A stretch of 64,000 nt of DNA from an uncultured Nitrospiraceae bacterium (GCA_963727775.1 CAVSHB010000001.1:1-64000); one strand, 5' to 3'. Counted from the first letter of the stretch, positions 10,138 to 21,274 are shown. The notes: generated by a model from the letters alone, not told the origin. A program made the numbers and translations.

Positions 10138-11069
10138 ATCAGGTTATTATTCTTCTTGGCCCGACCGGTGTCGGAAAGACCGGGCTCTCTCTCCTCCTCG
10201 CGAAAGAACTGGATACGGAAATAATCAGCGCGGATTCCATGCAGATCTACCGGCACATGGATATCGGCACTGCCAAACCTATGCCTCATGAGAGAAGCAA
10301 GATAGCGCATCATATGATTGACATTGTCGACCCATGGGAATCGTTCAGCGCCGGGAGATATATCTCGATGGTAGCGCCTATCATTGACGGCTTACATAAC
10401 AAAAGGAAGGTCCCTATTGTCGTCGGCGGCACAGGCCTCTATATTATGGCGATGACAAGGGGCATATTCAGCGGCCCCTCAGCAGACTGGACATTGAGAG
10501 AGGAACTCCAGTCCATGGAAAATGAAGAAAAAGGTTCCTTACACAATTACCTGAGAACACTTGATCCCGATGCCGCCGGCAAAACAACACCTAACGACAC
10601 ACGCAGGATTATAAGGGCGCTGGAAGTCTGCCTTAAGAGTAAAACGAGTATTTCAAAGATGCAGGAAAAACTCACCCGGCCGCTCCCTTATGAATTCATA
10701 AAGATCGGCCTTTCAAGAGACAGAAAAGAGCTGTATCAGATGATCGAAAAAAGGGTTGACGGAATGATGGCCTCAGGTCTTGTAGAGGAAGTAAAGAAGA
10801 TCCTGGAGATGAACCCTGACAGGACCCCAATGCAGGCAATCGGATATAAAGAAATTGCAAAATATATTCAGGGAGAGATTTCTTTTGATGAAGCTGTTAC
10901 ACTTATTAAAAGAGATTCCAGGAGATACGCGAAAAGGCAGTTCACGTGGTTCAGGAAAGAAGAAAACATTCACTGGATCGACATTGCGGGTGTTCATGAT
11001 ATCCGTGAAGTTTTCTTGCGCGTCCGTGATATTTTGAAAACCTGCTTTGTGGGATTAACGGGGGTTTGA
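10134..11069 (+). CDS. miaA: tRNA dimethylallyltransferase
   Basis: GPTGVGKT, ISADSMQIYRHMDIGTAKP and AKRQFTWFR motifs. Confidence 0.97.
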   Translation: MNQVIILLGPTGVGKTGLSLLLAKELDTEIISADSMQIYRHMDIGTAKPMPHERSKIAHHMIDIVDPWESFSAGRYISMVAPIIDGLHNKRKVPIVVGGTGLYIMAMTRGIFSGPSADWTLREELQSMENEEKGSLHNYLRTLDPDAAGKTTPNDTRRIIRALEVCLKSKTSISKMQEKLTRPLPYEFIKIGLSRDRKELYQMIEKRVDGMMASGLVEEVKKILEMNPDRTPMQAIGYKEIAKYIQGEISFDEAVTLIKRDSRRYAKRQFTWFRKEENIHWIDIAGVHDIREVFLRVRDILKTCFVGLTGV

Positions 11070-11073
11070 CCAA

Positions 11074-11937
11074 ATGACTTTATTACAGATTCTTGTTCTT
11101 GCCGTAGTCCAGGGAGCTGCCGAGTTATTGCCGGTTTCAAGTTCTGCGCACGTCATAATCGCTGAGAAGTTGATGGGGCTCGACCCGACGAGTCCGGAGA
11201 TGACGCTTCTGCTGGTGATGCTCCACACAGGCACAATGTTCGCGGTCATCTTCTTTTTTTGGAATTCGTGGAAAGTGAACTTCTTTGCTACACACAAAGT
11301 TTTCTGGAATTCGGCGAAGCTTATTGCAATTGCAACTCTGCTGACGGGGATCATAGGCTTATCGTTGAAATATTTGCTTGAGAGATTTATATTAGGGAAT
11401 GTCCCACACGCTGAGATCGAGCTTCTCTTCGGCAACTTGGCCCTGATCTCAGCGGCACTTGCTTCAGCAGGCATATTGATCATTTTCGCCGGATGGAAAA
11501 GCCGTCATTCATCCGATGGAAAAACTACTTTGAACTTTATTGGGTCCTGTTTGATTGGAGCAGTGCAGGGTGTCTGTCTGCCTTTCCGGGGATTCTCGCG
11601 TTCCGGCGCTACCATATCCACCGGTCTTCTTTTGGGGATATCAAAGGCCAGAGCCGAGGAATTCAGTTTCGCGCTTGCCGTTGTTCTTACTCCGCCTGTG
11701 ATGGTCAGGGAAGTCCTGAGATTACTTAAGGCGCATCATTCATCTTCACCTGATTTGTCGGGCATGGCAGGTCTGTTTTATCCCAGTCTGATGGGTATGG
11801 TTCTGAGCTTTGTTAGTGGAATTTTGGCGCTTCGCTGGCTTTCCAATTGGCTGGAGCGAGGCCGTTGGCATCTGTTCGGGATTTATTGTCTCTGTGCTGC
11901 GGCTGTTGTTTTCCTGCTTCATAAAATCGGAATATAA
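11074..11937 (+). CDS. uppP: Undecaprenyl-diphosphate phosphatase (BacA/UppP)
   Basis: QGAAELLPVSSSAH and GFSRSGATIS motifs; multi-TM. Confidence 0.92.
   Translation: MTLLQILVLAVVQGAAELLPVSSSAHVIIAEKLMGLDPTSPEMTLLLVMLHTGTMFAVIFFFWNSWKVNFFATHKVFWNSAKLIAIATLLTGIIGLSLKYLLERFILGNVPHAEIELLFGNLALISAALASAGILIIFAGWKSRHSSDGKTTLNFIGSCLIGAVQGVCLPFRGFSRSGATISTGLLLGISKARAEEFSFALAVVLTPPVMVREVLRLLKAHHSSSPDLSGMAGLFYPSLMGMVLSFVSGILALRWLSNWLERGRWHLFGIYCLCAAAVVFLLHKIGI
11900..11936 (+). repeat. 37-bp direct repeat, copy 1 (uppP 3' end)
   Basis: cggctgttgttttcctgcttcataaaatcggaatata is identical to 13003-13039. Confidence 0.95.
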
Positions 11938-11974
11938 TTGGGTCTTAAAGAAAATGCAGTCTCTTTCCTGATCT

Positions 11975-12169
11975 TCATTGCTTTTTCGGAAAAAGTCCCT
12001 TTATTCCCTCTACCACTGCATTGAGAGGCACTGCGGCTACACCATTGCCCATGGTATATCTCTTGTTGCCGGGATAGACAACGGCTATTTGTTCAAGGTT
12101 TAACCCTTCACGAGCGATCCGCATTGATGGCGTTATTCTCGGCGCATCCATACGTTTACACTCTACCAT
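11975..12169 (-). pseudogene. C-terminal remnant of an AAA+ ATPase/DUF4143-type protein
   Basis: VECKRMDAPRITPSMRIAREGL...VVYPG resembles the nuclease-like tail of that family; no N-terminal part is present. Confidence 0.55.
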
Positions 12170-12296
12170 GAATATCGAATATTTGCCTTTCGATTTTCAT
12201 GGTACGATAGCCATATGCTTAATTCTATAGATAGAGACACGCTGACCTTCTGCGATAGAATCCTCAATCTTTTATTGTGACGACAGTAACTTTTAT

Positions 12297-12572
12297 CTAT
12301 TCGAAAAGGTCAGTATGACTGCCAGTTCTCTCAAAAATAATGATTTCTTTTCTCTTGTCAATTTTGTAGATGAGCAACCAATCAGGCTCTATGTGGCATT
12401 CCCGCCGATCCTTAAAATTCCCAGTAAGCGCATGATCATGGTGTCTTTCGAGCAACTTTTCCTCATTGATGAGTTTCTCCATTACTTCATGAAGTTTATC
12501 AATATCTTTCCCCTGCTTCTGCATCTGCTTGTAGTTCTTTTCAAACCGGTTAGTGGTAAGAAATCTCATCAC
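12297..12572 (-). CDS. yafQ: YafQ-family (RelE superfamily) mRNA interferase toxin
   Basis: HDHALTGNFKDRRECHIEPDWLLIY...RTGSHTDLF is a canonical YafQ pattern. Confidence 0.93.
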   Translation of the reverse strand: MMRFLTTNRFEKNYKQMQKQGKDIDKLHEVMEKLINEEKLLERHHDHALTGNFKDRRECHIEPDWLLIYKIDKRKEIIIFERTGSHTDLFE

Positions 12573-12832
12573 TTAGCTGCCATCTTTGCTTTAAACTCCT
12601 TCATGCTCTTGTACTCATTTAACTCCCTGCCGGCATCGGTCTTCCTGAAGGTCTCCAGGGTTGTCTTGTTAGGTATCTTTACCTCAAAAGGCAATCCTTT
12701 GCGGAGCCTTACCTGGCTAAAGAAGACCGTAATCGCTTCAGTCGTAGATAGACCCAACTTCCTAAATATCTTGTCCGTGTCTGTCTTTAAATCCGACTGC
12801 ACTCTCGCATGTATCATTACTGTCTTTGGCAT
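12569..12832 (-). CDS. dinJ: DinJ/RelB-family antitoxin
   Basis: IHARV...LGLSTTEAITVFF...GLPFEVKIPN; overlaps the toxin start by 4 nt. Confidence 0.9.
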   Translation of the reverse strand: MPKTVMIHARVQSDLKTDTDKIFRKLGLSTTEAITVFFSQVRLRKGLPFEVKIPNKTTLETFRKTDAGRELNEYKSMKEFKAKMAAK

Positions 12833-13002
12833 TCAGACCCTCCATATAGGCTTTTATATTATTGTATCTCAGGTGAGATATAAAGGCAAGAAAGTTTTTT
12901 TAGATATCCATCTTCGTCTCGACGCCGTTTCTCTATAGCCTTCACATAGAATCGAAAAAATAGCAAAATGAAAGACGCGACCCCGTTATTCTCTTTTTGA
13001 CC

Positions 13003-13039
13003 CGGCTGTTGTTTTCCTGCTTCATAAAATCGGAATATA
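13003..13039 (+). repeat. 37-bp direct repeat, copy 2 (duplicated uppP 3' end)
   Basis: Identical to 11900-11936. Confidence 0.95.
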
Positions 13040-13690
13040 GAGCAACTTTCTCCATATTTCGTGTCGACAGATTTATTATGGTTACCTTATGGCCTGGCCG
13101 ACCAAATCAAATGTCCCAGGGCAGAGGAGTTCCTACAACATCTCACTGTGGACATTCCACTACAGTAATTATTACCGTTTCTAATCCTCGCACCAGGGCC
13201 ACTATTCAATCTGTGATGTTCATCCAGAAAGAAACACCATCGGGTCCGATTTCAAAATCTCACGTTCAGGCACTAACAGAGAATTTTGGGAGTTCTGAAA
13301 TAGCATTGAATACTTCATCAAATGTGCATAGTCACGTGTTCGCTGCATGTATGAGGTTACATAAGGAAAGACGCGTGCTGAGAATGTTTATTTTCGTTCG
13401 AAGCAAAGCAAATAGGCCTGATGAGGTGTCTCTCTTTCCAATTCAAAGAAACAGTTCTTGTTGCCAGCGTGCCTGTTAGATCGAAAAATGCGAAACTCCT
13501 CCGGCTCATGCAGAAAGGCACTGATCAGGACGGGTCTTTCCTTCAAAAATGAAACGCTACCGACATTGTTTACCTCTGCGTTCAAAATCAAGGTTGTTTT
13601 TTCGATGAATTCTCAATCAGCCCGATAACTTATTCAAAATCTGCTGTGTATGTATCAGTGCAAGGAAAGAGGCCTTTAGCGACCTCACTG

Positions 13691-15151
13691 TCACGCACCT
13701 CCACCCAGCACTTTATAGAGTGTCACCAAATTGGTCAGACGCGAGAGACGGACGTCGATCAAACCCTGCTGTGCGCTGTAGAGCGAGCGCTGGGAGTCAA
13801 GCACGTTCAGGTAGCTCGCTATGCCTTTTTCATATCGGGCTTGCGATAAGCGGTAGCTCGCTGCGGTGGCATCCGTCAGAGACTGCTGTGCAGCCATTTG
13901 ATCACCGAGGGTTCCGTGCTGCGCAAGGGCGTCGGCCACTTCCCTAAACGCGCTCTGGATAGCCTTCTCGTACTGGGCTATGAAGATCTCGCGGTCGACC
14001 TGGCTTACTTTCAGATTGGCGCGGTTGCGTCCCGCGTCAAAGATCGGAAGTGTAATCTGCGGCGCAAAGCTCCATGCGCGGGATGAGGCATTAAAGAGCG
14101 CAGACAGCTGGTCGCTCGACAGACCGATGCTTGTCGTCAGGGTAATACGCGGGAAAAAAGCGGCACGTGCCGCGCCTATATTGGCGTTAGCGGCCTTAAG
14201 AAGGTGTTCAGCCTGTACTATATCGGGGCGTCGCTGTAATACTTCGGACGGCAGTCCCGAACTGAACTCTTTCATTGTGGTACCCGAACTAAGCTCGGCT
14301 GGCAACAGATCAGCCGGCACGGGCAATCCTATCACGAGTGCCAGCGCATTTTCATCCTGGGCCACCAGGCTCGTGAAACGGGCAATATCAACGCGTGCTG
14401 TCTCAACGCTGGTCTGGGCCTGGCGTACATCCAGCTCCGAAGAGGCGCCGGCCTCAAAACGTCGTTTGATAAGGTTGTACGACTCCTGCTGGCTCTCGAA
14501 TGTGTCCCGCGCGATCTTCAGGTGCTCTTTGTCTGCCGATAGAGCAAGGTAACTGCTAGCGACCTCGGCTATCAGGCTGATCTGTACACTTCGGCGCGCT
14601 TCCTCGGTAGCGAAGAACTCCTCCAGTGCCTGGTCCTTGAGACTCCTGACACGGCCGAAAAGGTCGAGTTCATAGGAACTGAATCCCAGGGCGACATCGT
14701 ACTGATGTATCGTGAGAGGTTGACTGTTACCCGAGACGCCCGCCGGCTCCCTCTGCACCATCCCGCCGCCGGCCGCATTGATCGTTGGGAAGAGATCCGC
14801 GCGCTGGACACGGTACAGTGCCTGCGCCCTCTCGATATTGCGTGCGGCAATTCGAAGGTCGCGGTTGTTTTCAAGGGCAAGTGCGATCAGCTTTTGCAGT
14901 TGTTTATCGACAAAGAAATCTTGCCAAGAAATCTCGGCAGCGCTCTTCTCGCCTGGCTTCGCTGCATTCTCTTTGTAAGCCGGTCCGCTAGGCCAGTCGG
15001 ACGGAACAGGCGCTGTCGTGCGCGTATATTTTGGGGCCATGCTAGCGCAGCCGGAGAAAACAAGCAATGCCATAACAACAGCTCCTCCGCGTAGTCCCAG
15101 TCTCTGATTTTCCTTTCGGCTCGATCTCTCTGCATTACTAAATATTTTCAT
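13691..15151 (-). CDS. RND efflux outer-membrane lipoprotein (OprM/NodT family)
   Basis: Lipobox [20 protein letters not shown]...[23 protein letters not shown]. Confidence 0.95.
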   Translation of the reverse strand: MKIFSNAERSSRKENQRLGLRGGAVVMALLVFSGCASMAPKYTRTTAPVPSDWPSGPAYKENAAKPGEKSAAEISWQDFFVDKQLQKLIALALENNRDLRIAARNIERAQALYRVQRADLFPTINAAGGGMVQREPAGVSGNSQPLTIHQYDVALGFSSYELDLFGRVRSLKDQALEEFFATEEARRSVQISLIAEVASSYLALSADKEHLKIARDTFESQQESYNLIKRRFEAGASSELDVRQAQTSVETARVDIARFTSLVAQDENALALVIGLPVPADLLPAELSSGTTMKEFSSGLPSEVLQRRPDIVQAEHLLKAANANIGAARAAFFPRITLTTSIGLSSDQLSALFNASSRAWSFAPQITLPIFDAGRNRANLKVSQVDREIFIAQYEKAIQSAFREVADALAQHGTLGDQMAAQQSLTDATAASYRLSQARYEKGIASYLNVLDSQRSLYSAQQGLIDVRLSRLTNLVTLYKVLGGGA

Positions 15152-15152
15152 A

Positions 15153-18100
15153 TCACTGTTCCTCCGCAGAAGTAGCAAGAACGGGTGCCGCTGCCGGCTG
15201 TTTGTATTTTCGCCAACCGAAGATCTTCGACACCATCACAAAGAAAAACGGGATAAAGAACAAGTCGATGAAAGTGGCTGAGAGCAATCCGCCTGTGACT
15301 GCAGAGCCGATTGCGTTCTGGGCCGCAGCCCCTGCTCCCTTTGTCAACGCAAGCGGCAATGTACCGAAGAAGAAGGCCAGCGAGGTCATGATGACCGGAC
15401 GCAGCCTGATCCTCACCGCCGCAAGAGTTGCCTCAATCAACTCGCGGCCTTCATGGAGCTGCGCTTTAATGAACTGGATAATAAGAATCGCATTCTTAGT
15501 CGAAAGTCCGACTGTGGTAAGAAGACCGATCTGAAGATAGATGTCGTTCGGCAACCCTCGCAGAGTAACCATTGTGACAGCTCCGACAAGGCCCAGCGGC
15601 AACATCAACAGGTTGACAACGGGTATGGTCCAGCTCTCATACAGAGCGGCTATGGACAGAAACACTACCAGAAGTGAGATGGCATAGAGCGCCGGCGCCT
15701 GGGCCCCAGCATTCTTTTCCTCGTAGGAGAGGCCGGTCCATTCGTACCCGATTCCCGGCGGCATCTGGCCTGCCATCTTCTCCACCTCGGCCATGGCCTC
15801 GCCGGTGCTAACACCCGGTGCCGCCTGCCCCAGGATCTCTACCGACGGGAGGCCGTTGTAGCGCTCAAGGCGGGGGGAACCGTACTGCCAATGGGCGGTG
15901 GAAAAGGCGGAGAACGGCACCATCTGGCCGTCCTTGTTGCTGACGTACCAGGTATTGATGTCCTCCGGCAGCATCCGGTAGCGGGGATCGGACTGGAGAT
16001 AAACCTTCTTCACTCGGCCGTCCTGGATGAAGTTGTTGACGTAGGTGCTCCCCCAGGCGGTGGAGAGAACGTTGTTGATGTCCGCCAGGGAAACCCCCAG
16101 GGCCCCGGCCCGCACGTCGTCGATATCGAGCTTGAACTGAGGGGAGTCGTCCTGGCCGTTGGGGCGGACCGCAGTGAGCTTCTTGTTCTTCATGGCCATC
16201 CCCAGGAGCTGGTTGCGTGCCTCCATCAGCTTCTCATGCCCCAGGCCACCCCGGTCCTGCAACTGGAGGTCGAAGCCGTTGGCCACTCCCAGTTCCAGCA
16301 CCGCCGGGGGAGCGAAGGCAAAGGCGAGGCCGTCGCGGAACTGGGAGAACTTTTTCATGGCCCGGGCGGCAATGGCCGGCACCTTCAGATCCGGGGTTTT
16401 GCGTACCTTCCAGTCCTTGAGCCTCACCCAGGCGAGTCCCATGTTCTGGCCGCGGCCGGCAAAGCTGAATCCGGCCACGGTGATGATCCCTTCCACAGTC
16501 TTCTTCTCGTCCTCCAGAAAGTGCCGCTCCATCCGCCGCAAGGTCTCGATGGTCCGTTCCTGAGTGGCGCCGGGGGGGAGCTGGAGCTGGCAGAGCAGGA
16601 ATCCCTGGTCCTCGTCCGGCAGAAAAGCGGTCGGAAGGTGGAGGAAGAGCCAGGCCATAGCCAAGACGATGCAGCCGTAAATTACCAGATAGCGTACCGG
16701 CTTCGCAAAAGAGCGACCGACGATTCTCTCATATTTTCCACGGAAAAACTCGAATGCCCGGTTGAAATATCGGAAGAACCAGGCCAGCCTGCCGGACTCG
16801 CCCGAGTGATGTCCCTTTTCAACCGGCTTCAGGATAGTGGAGCAGAGTGCCGGAGTTAGGATCATCGCTACGAAGACCGATAGAATCATCGCCGATATGA
16901 TCGTGATCGAGAACTGGCGATAGATGACGCCGGTGGAACCTCCGAAGAACGCCATAGGAAGGAAAACAGCAGTAAGTACGGTGGCGATTCCCCATAGAGC
17001 GCTCGTGATCTGTCCCATGGACTTGACGGTGGCGTCGTGGGGGGAGAGCCCCTCCTCGGTCATGATCCGCTCCACGTTTTCCACCACCACGATGGCGTCG
17101 TCGACTAGGAGGCCAATGACTATAACAAGGGCAAACATGGTCAGGGTGTTGATGGAGAAGCCGCTCGCCGCCAGCACCGCCATTGTCCCCAGAAGCACCA
17201 CCGGCACCGCAATGGTAGGAATCAACGTCGCCCGGAAATTCTGGAGGAAAAGGAACATGACGATGAAGACCAGAAAGACTGCCTCGACCAAGGTGTGCAC
17301 CACCTCCTCGATGGAGATCTTGACGAAGGGGGTGGAGTCATAGGGATAGACCACCTTCATACCGGATGGGAAATACTTGGAGAGCTCCGCCATCTTCGCT
17401 TTGACCCTATTGGCGGTCTCCAGGGCGTTGGCCCCGGCCGCCAGCCGGACCGCCACCCCACCCAAGGGCTTCCCATTGTAGAATGATTGAATGTCGTAAT
17501 TCTCGGTGCCGATTTTACTCTCTGCTACATCCTTGAGCCGGACCGTAGAGCCGTCGGGATTGGTGCGCAGGACGACGCTATCGAACTGGTCGGCAGTCTG
17601 GAGCAGGGAGCGGGCGTTGACGGTGGCGTTGAGCTGCTGACCGCGAACAGCGGGGGTGCCGCCGAACTGGCCGGCCGAAACCTGGACGTTCTGGGCCTGC
17701 AGTGCATTGATCACATCGTTGGTGGTCAGGTGGAAGTTGTTCAGCTTTGCCGGGTCAACCCATATCCTCATGGCGTTCTGGGTGCCGAACACCAGAACTT
17801 CGCCCACCCCGTCCAGGCGGCTGATGATATCCAGAATATTGGAGACCATATAATCGGTCAGGGCATTGCGGTCCATGGAGCCGTCTTCCGACACGAGCCC
17901 GACTATCAGCATGTAGTTCCGGCCGGATTTGACGACCTGAATCCCCTGCTGCTGCACGACCTGGGGGAGAAGAGGCATGGCGAGCTGCAGCTTGTTCTGC
18001 ACCTGCACCTGGGCGATGTTCGGATCAGTGCCCGCCTTGAAGGTCAGGTTGATGCTCACAGCGCCGGCCAGATCACTGGTGGAGGCCATGTAGATAAGGT

Positions 18101-18320
18101 TATCGATACCATTCAATTTCTGCTCAATGACCTGGGTGACGGTGTCCTGCACGGTCTGGGCCGAGGCTCCCGGATAAGTGGCGTTTATGGCGATGGTCGG
18201 CGGCGCTATCGCCGGGTACTGGGAAACCGGCAGGTTCTTGACCGCCAGGAGGCCAGCGAGCATGATCATGATCGCTATTACGATTGCGAAGATAGGTCGA
18301 TTTATGAAGAATCTTGGCAT
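15153..18320 (-). CDS. RND efflux permease (AcrB/MexB HAE1 family)
   Basis: FFINRPIFA start, [22 protein letters not shown]; 1055 aa. Confidence 0.97.
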   Translation of the reverse strand: MPRFFINRPIFAIVIAIMIMLAGLLAVKNLPVSQYPAIAPPTIAINATYPGASAQTVQDTVTQVIEQKLNGIDNLIYMASTSDLAGAVSINLTFKAGTDPNIAQVQVQNKLQLAMPLLPQVVQQQGIQVVKSGRNYMLIVGLVSEDGSMDRNALTDYMVSNILDIISRLDGVGEVLVFGTQNAMRIWVDPAKLNNFHLTTNDVINALQAQNVQVSAGQFGGTPAVRGQQLNATVNARSLLQTADQFDSVVLRTNPDGSTVRLKDVAESKIGTENYDIQSFYNGKPLGGVAVRLAAGANALETANRVKAKMAELSKYFPSGMKVVYPYDSTPFVKISIEEVVHTLVEAVFLVFIVMFLFLQNFRATLIPTIAVPVVLLGTMAVLAASGFSINTLTMFALVIVIGLLVDDAIVVVENVERIMTEEGLSPHDATVKSMGQITSALWGIATVLTAVFLPMAFFGGSTGVIYRQFSITIISAMILSVFVAMILTPALCSTILKPVEKGHHSGESGRLAWFFRYFNRAFEFFRGKYERIVGRSFAKPVRYLVIYGCIVLAMAWLFLHLPTAFLPDEDQGFLLCQLQLPPGATQERTIETLRRMERHFLEDEKKTVEGIITVAGFSFAGRGQNMGLAWVRLKDWKVRKTPDLKVPAIAARAMKKFSQFRDGLAFAFAPPAVLELGVANGFDLQLQDRGGLGHEKLMEARNQLLGMAMKNKKLTAVRPNGQDDSPQFKLDIDDVRAGALGVSLADINNVLSTAWGSTYVNNFIQDGRVKKVYLQSDPRYRMLPEDINTWYVSNKDGQMVPFSAFSTAHWQYGSPRLERYNGLPSVEILGQAAPGVSTGEAMAEVEKMAGQMPPGIGYEWTGLSYEEKNAGAQAPALYAISLLVVFLSIAALYESWTIPVVNLLMLPLGLVGAVTMVTLRGLPNDIYLQIGLLTTVGLSTKNAILIIQFIKAQLHEGRELIEATLAAVRIRLRPVIMTSLAFFFGTLPLALTKGAGAAAQNAIGSAVTGGLLSATFIDLFFIPFFFVMVSKIFGWRKYKQPAAAPVLATSAEEQ

Positions 18321-18332
18321 TAAGAGTCTCCT

Positions 18333-19556
18333 TTATTTCTTGGCTGCCAGCGCTTGCGATCCACCTGCGGTGCGTACATCCGCCTTACTCCCGAACGGCA
18401 CAGCTTTAACCGGTGTTCCCGGGGGGGCTTTTTGTATTCCTTCCAGGATTACGCGATCGCCAGCTTTCAGACCATCGCTGACCAGCCAGCTTTCGCCAAC
18501 GGTCTTGGCGACTTGTATGATCCGAGGCTCCACTTTGTCTTCCGCCCCGACCATCATAACCATTGCATTGCCGGCCTGGTTGCGTGTGACTCCACGCTGA
18601 GGCACAAGAATCGCGTGCTCGTTGACCCCTTCTTCCACGACGGCGCGGACAAACATGCCCGGGAGCAGTGTATGCTTCGGGTTAGGGAAGACGGCACGCA
18701 ATATTATTGAACCTGTGCTCTGGTCTACAGTAACCTCAGAAAACTTCAGCGTGCCTTGCAGCGGATACGGGCTTCCGTCTTCCGTCAGCAGCTTGACGTG
18801 GGCCTGAGCTAACCCGTTGCTTTTCAGAAGTCCGCTCGCCAGACTCTGCTTCAGACGCAGCAGTTCGGAACTGGATTGGGTTACATCCACATAAATGGGG
18901 CTGAGTTCTTGGATCGTGGCCAGCGGAGCAGACTGATTGGCTGTTACGAGCGCGCCGTTTGTTACGGATGATCTCCCTATACGTCCTGATATAGGGGCAG
19001 TTACTTTGGTATAGGCCAGGTTTATCCGGGCGGTCTCGAGTGCAGCCTTGTTTGCCTGCACATCCGCTTCAGCTAGCTTGAGAGCAGCGCTTGCGTCGTC
19101 ATAGTCCTGTTTACTGACGGCATTGATCTTTACCAAGTCCTGATAACGATCGGCCTTGAGGCGGGCCGGAATGATATTGGCTTCAGCCTTGGCGAGTGTT
19201 GCCTTTGCGTTGTCGTAAGCTGCCTGGTAGCTCGCAGGGTCAATCTGGTAGAGCACCTCGCCGGCCTTGACATCTGCACCTTCGGTAAAGAGGCGCTTCT
19301 GGATAATGCCGCCTACCTGTGGCCTCACCTCCGCAACCAGATACGGGGAAGTGCGTCCCGGAAGTTCCGTTGTGAGTACCACTTTCTGAGGATGTATCGT
19401 GATGACTCCGACCTCGGGCGGCACGCTGGGCATTTTTGCACCGGTTGCGCTCTGCTTGCCGCATCCGGTCAAGATCAGGTATATGCCTAAAATACCCACA
19501 AAAAGTATAAGGTTGATACGGCCTTTAGTCTGTCTGTAAATCTCCTCGAATGTCAT
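18333..19556 (-). CDS. RND periplasmic adaptor (AcrA/MexA family)
   Basis: Lipobox LTGC, ELPGRT...EVRPQVGGII, APISGRIG. Confidence 0.95.
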   Translation of the reverse strand: MTFEEIYRQTKGRINLILFVGILGIYLILTGCGKQSATGAKMPSVPPEVGVITIHPQKVVLTTELPGRTSPYLVAEVRPQVGGIIQKRLFTEGADVKAGEVLYQIDPASYQAAYDNAKATLAKAEANIIPARLKADRYQDLVKINAVSKQDYDDASAALKLAEADVQANKAALETARINLAYTKVTAPISGRIGRSSVTNGALVTANQSAPLATIQELSPIYVDVTQSSSELLRLKQSLASGLLKSNGLAQAHVKLLTEDGSPYPLQGTLKFSEVTVDQSTGSIILRAVFPNPKHTLLPGMFVRAVVEEGVNEHAILVPQRGVTRNQAGNAMVMMVGAEDKVEPRIIQVAKTVGESWLVSDGLKAGDRVILEGIQKAPPGTPVKAVPFGSKADVRTAGGSQALAAKK

Positions 19557-19637
19557 GTCGGTTTCTCCTGTTCCTGCAAAATGTGACTAACCTCTATGTT
19601 TATGTTATCTTCGATCGGTCGGCGCGGCCCTGTAAAA

Positions 19638-20246
19638 TTACTTCTGGTAACCTCTCAGCAATGCATCGACCAATGAGCGGGCGATAACATCTCTTCTCTT
19701 TTTGAAAAAATCCGGACGATATAAGAGCATTGTTACCAGCCCGTGAGAAGCCGTTGCCAAGGCCGGTGCGATCACGTCCTCATCAGGCTCCCGTAGTCGC
19801 CCCGCCCTGATGCAGTCCCGAATCATTTCCTTGAACACAAGATGGGTGCTTCGCGCCATCGACTCCTTTTCAATAAATCCACCCATTGTCCCATAAACAC
19901 TCTTCGTAAAAAAAATCACCTTATATTGATTTGGGTGCTTCAGCCCAAATTTTATGAGATAAAGGAATGCCTGACGAAGTGTCTCGATCGGATCCTGAGA
20001 AACCGACCGGATACGCTTCAGTTCAGCAAAAAAAGTCGCGAAAAACTCTTCGCATATGGCAAAGAGCAGGTCATCCTTGTTTTTGAAATAGATATAGATC
20101 GTAGTCGGAGAATAGTCTATCTTCTCGGCGAGTTTCCGCATTGAGAACCCGTCGTACCCGTCATTTATGAATATCTCGCGGGCCGAATCTAGAATTTCTC
20201 TGCGAAACTCCTCCTTGTGCTTGGCCCTTTTCTCTATTACTCCCAT
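19638..20246 (-). CDS. TetR/AcrR-family transcriptional regulator
   Basis: ILDSAREIF...FSMRKLAEKIDYSPTTIYIYFKNKDDL HTH; start placed at MGVIEK. Confidence 0.93.
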   Translation of the reverse strand: MGVIEKRAKHKEEFRREILDSAREIFINDGYDGFSMRKLAEKIDYSPTTIYIYFKNKDDLLFAICEEFFATFFAELKRIRSVSQDPIETLRQAFLYLIKFGLKHPNQYKVIFFTKSVYGTMGGFIEKESMARSTHLVFKEMIRDCIRAGRLREPDEDVIAPALATASHGLVTMLLYRPDFFKKRRDVIARSLVDALLRGYQK

Positions 20247-20257
20247 CGATATTATCC

Positions 20258-20287
20258 TAACGTAGTTATGCTTTGTTAACATCGTTA
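20258..20287. promoter_or_regulatory. Putative tandem TetR operator (2 x TAAC-N3-GTTA)
   Basis: taacgtagtta (20258-20268) and taacatcgtta (20277-20287) lie immediately upstream of the tetR start. Confidence 0.5.
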
Positions 20288-21274
20288 GCTTAGCAAGCCG
20301 ATCTGCATTTTGTCAACCTTCATTTCTATTCGAAGGACTCCCTGTGTTTCGATCTCGAAAGAGTTCACTATGGGATAAACGTCGCAAAGGGGAGCAAATC
20401 ATTTCGGGATGAATTGTTTATATTGCTCATGATTCTTATGCGTGCGCAGTAGGGAGAAGGTGAGACGACGGAGACGATGTTTATGTTGCGGACTTCGAGG
20501 GGTACATCGCACACCATCATTGCCTTGCCAACGTTTAGTTCCAAAAGTAATCTGGCTCTGTAGCAAAAACGCCACAGGGTTGATTACAGGAATTATGTGG
20601 AGTTCCCCGTTATGTGGAGTAAACGTTGCAAACATATGACTCACAACCGTCCTCGCTCAATCTACTTCACATAATGAGGGATCTTCCATCTCCCCAAGTT
20701 CTATGGAAATGGTATTTTTTGGCAGATCGCCGATGAATCCCTTGAAGAATCAGAGACCCAGTGTGAAGCCTGGATTGATAAGGCGTTTTGCAACTCCATA
20801 CCTTATGCTTTTGATACGAATACCTTTGCTATCTACTCCCTAATTTAGGTATTTCAATAAGGAATGCATCTAGGGCCGCCTCATTATTATGTGCAGTAAA
20901 TTTGTTTAGAATACTTATGCAGTAAGGATTTAGAGAGACTACTTCACATAACGGGCAACTCCACATAATGAATAGTGTTTTATCCGTAGTGCCGAAAGGC
21001 ATTGCGGATAAAACAAATTGAGCTGAGCCGCCCGGGGGAGTGTGAACAAAGAGTATGGGGATTGTAAAGGATGAGAATTATTCTATGAAGCAGTATTTGG
21101 TGGCTATAAGGAATATTTTCGCTGAGGTTCTCGAACTTATAGACTGGATATCAGCTTTGACGCCACCGGGAATAGAGACTGTTTGCTGAAAAGTAGGCTG
21201 AGGAGACAGAACTTTTCGGTGACTTGTTCCAAAGCCTTTTCGGTTCTTCCGTTTCCGAGAGACAATATCCATAA

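Noticed and set aside
12997..13591. 160-aa (+) and 67-aa (-) ORFs
   Set aside because: No recognisable motifs or SD; the first begins in the duplicated uppP end in another frame. Probably decayed sequence.
15891..18323. Long + strand ORFs (322 aa, 278 aa and others)
   Set aside because: Antisense shadows of the GC-rich RND permease.
20399..20644. Short ORFs, one with PKVIWL reminiscent of PIN-like toxins
   Set aside because: The match is too short, and joining across the mini-RIT gives no sustained frame.
20593..20968. Repeated TTATGTGGAGT motifs as a CRISPR array
   Set aside because: The repeats are 12 bp, in both orientations and without regular spacers; they fit recombinase binding sites.
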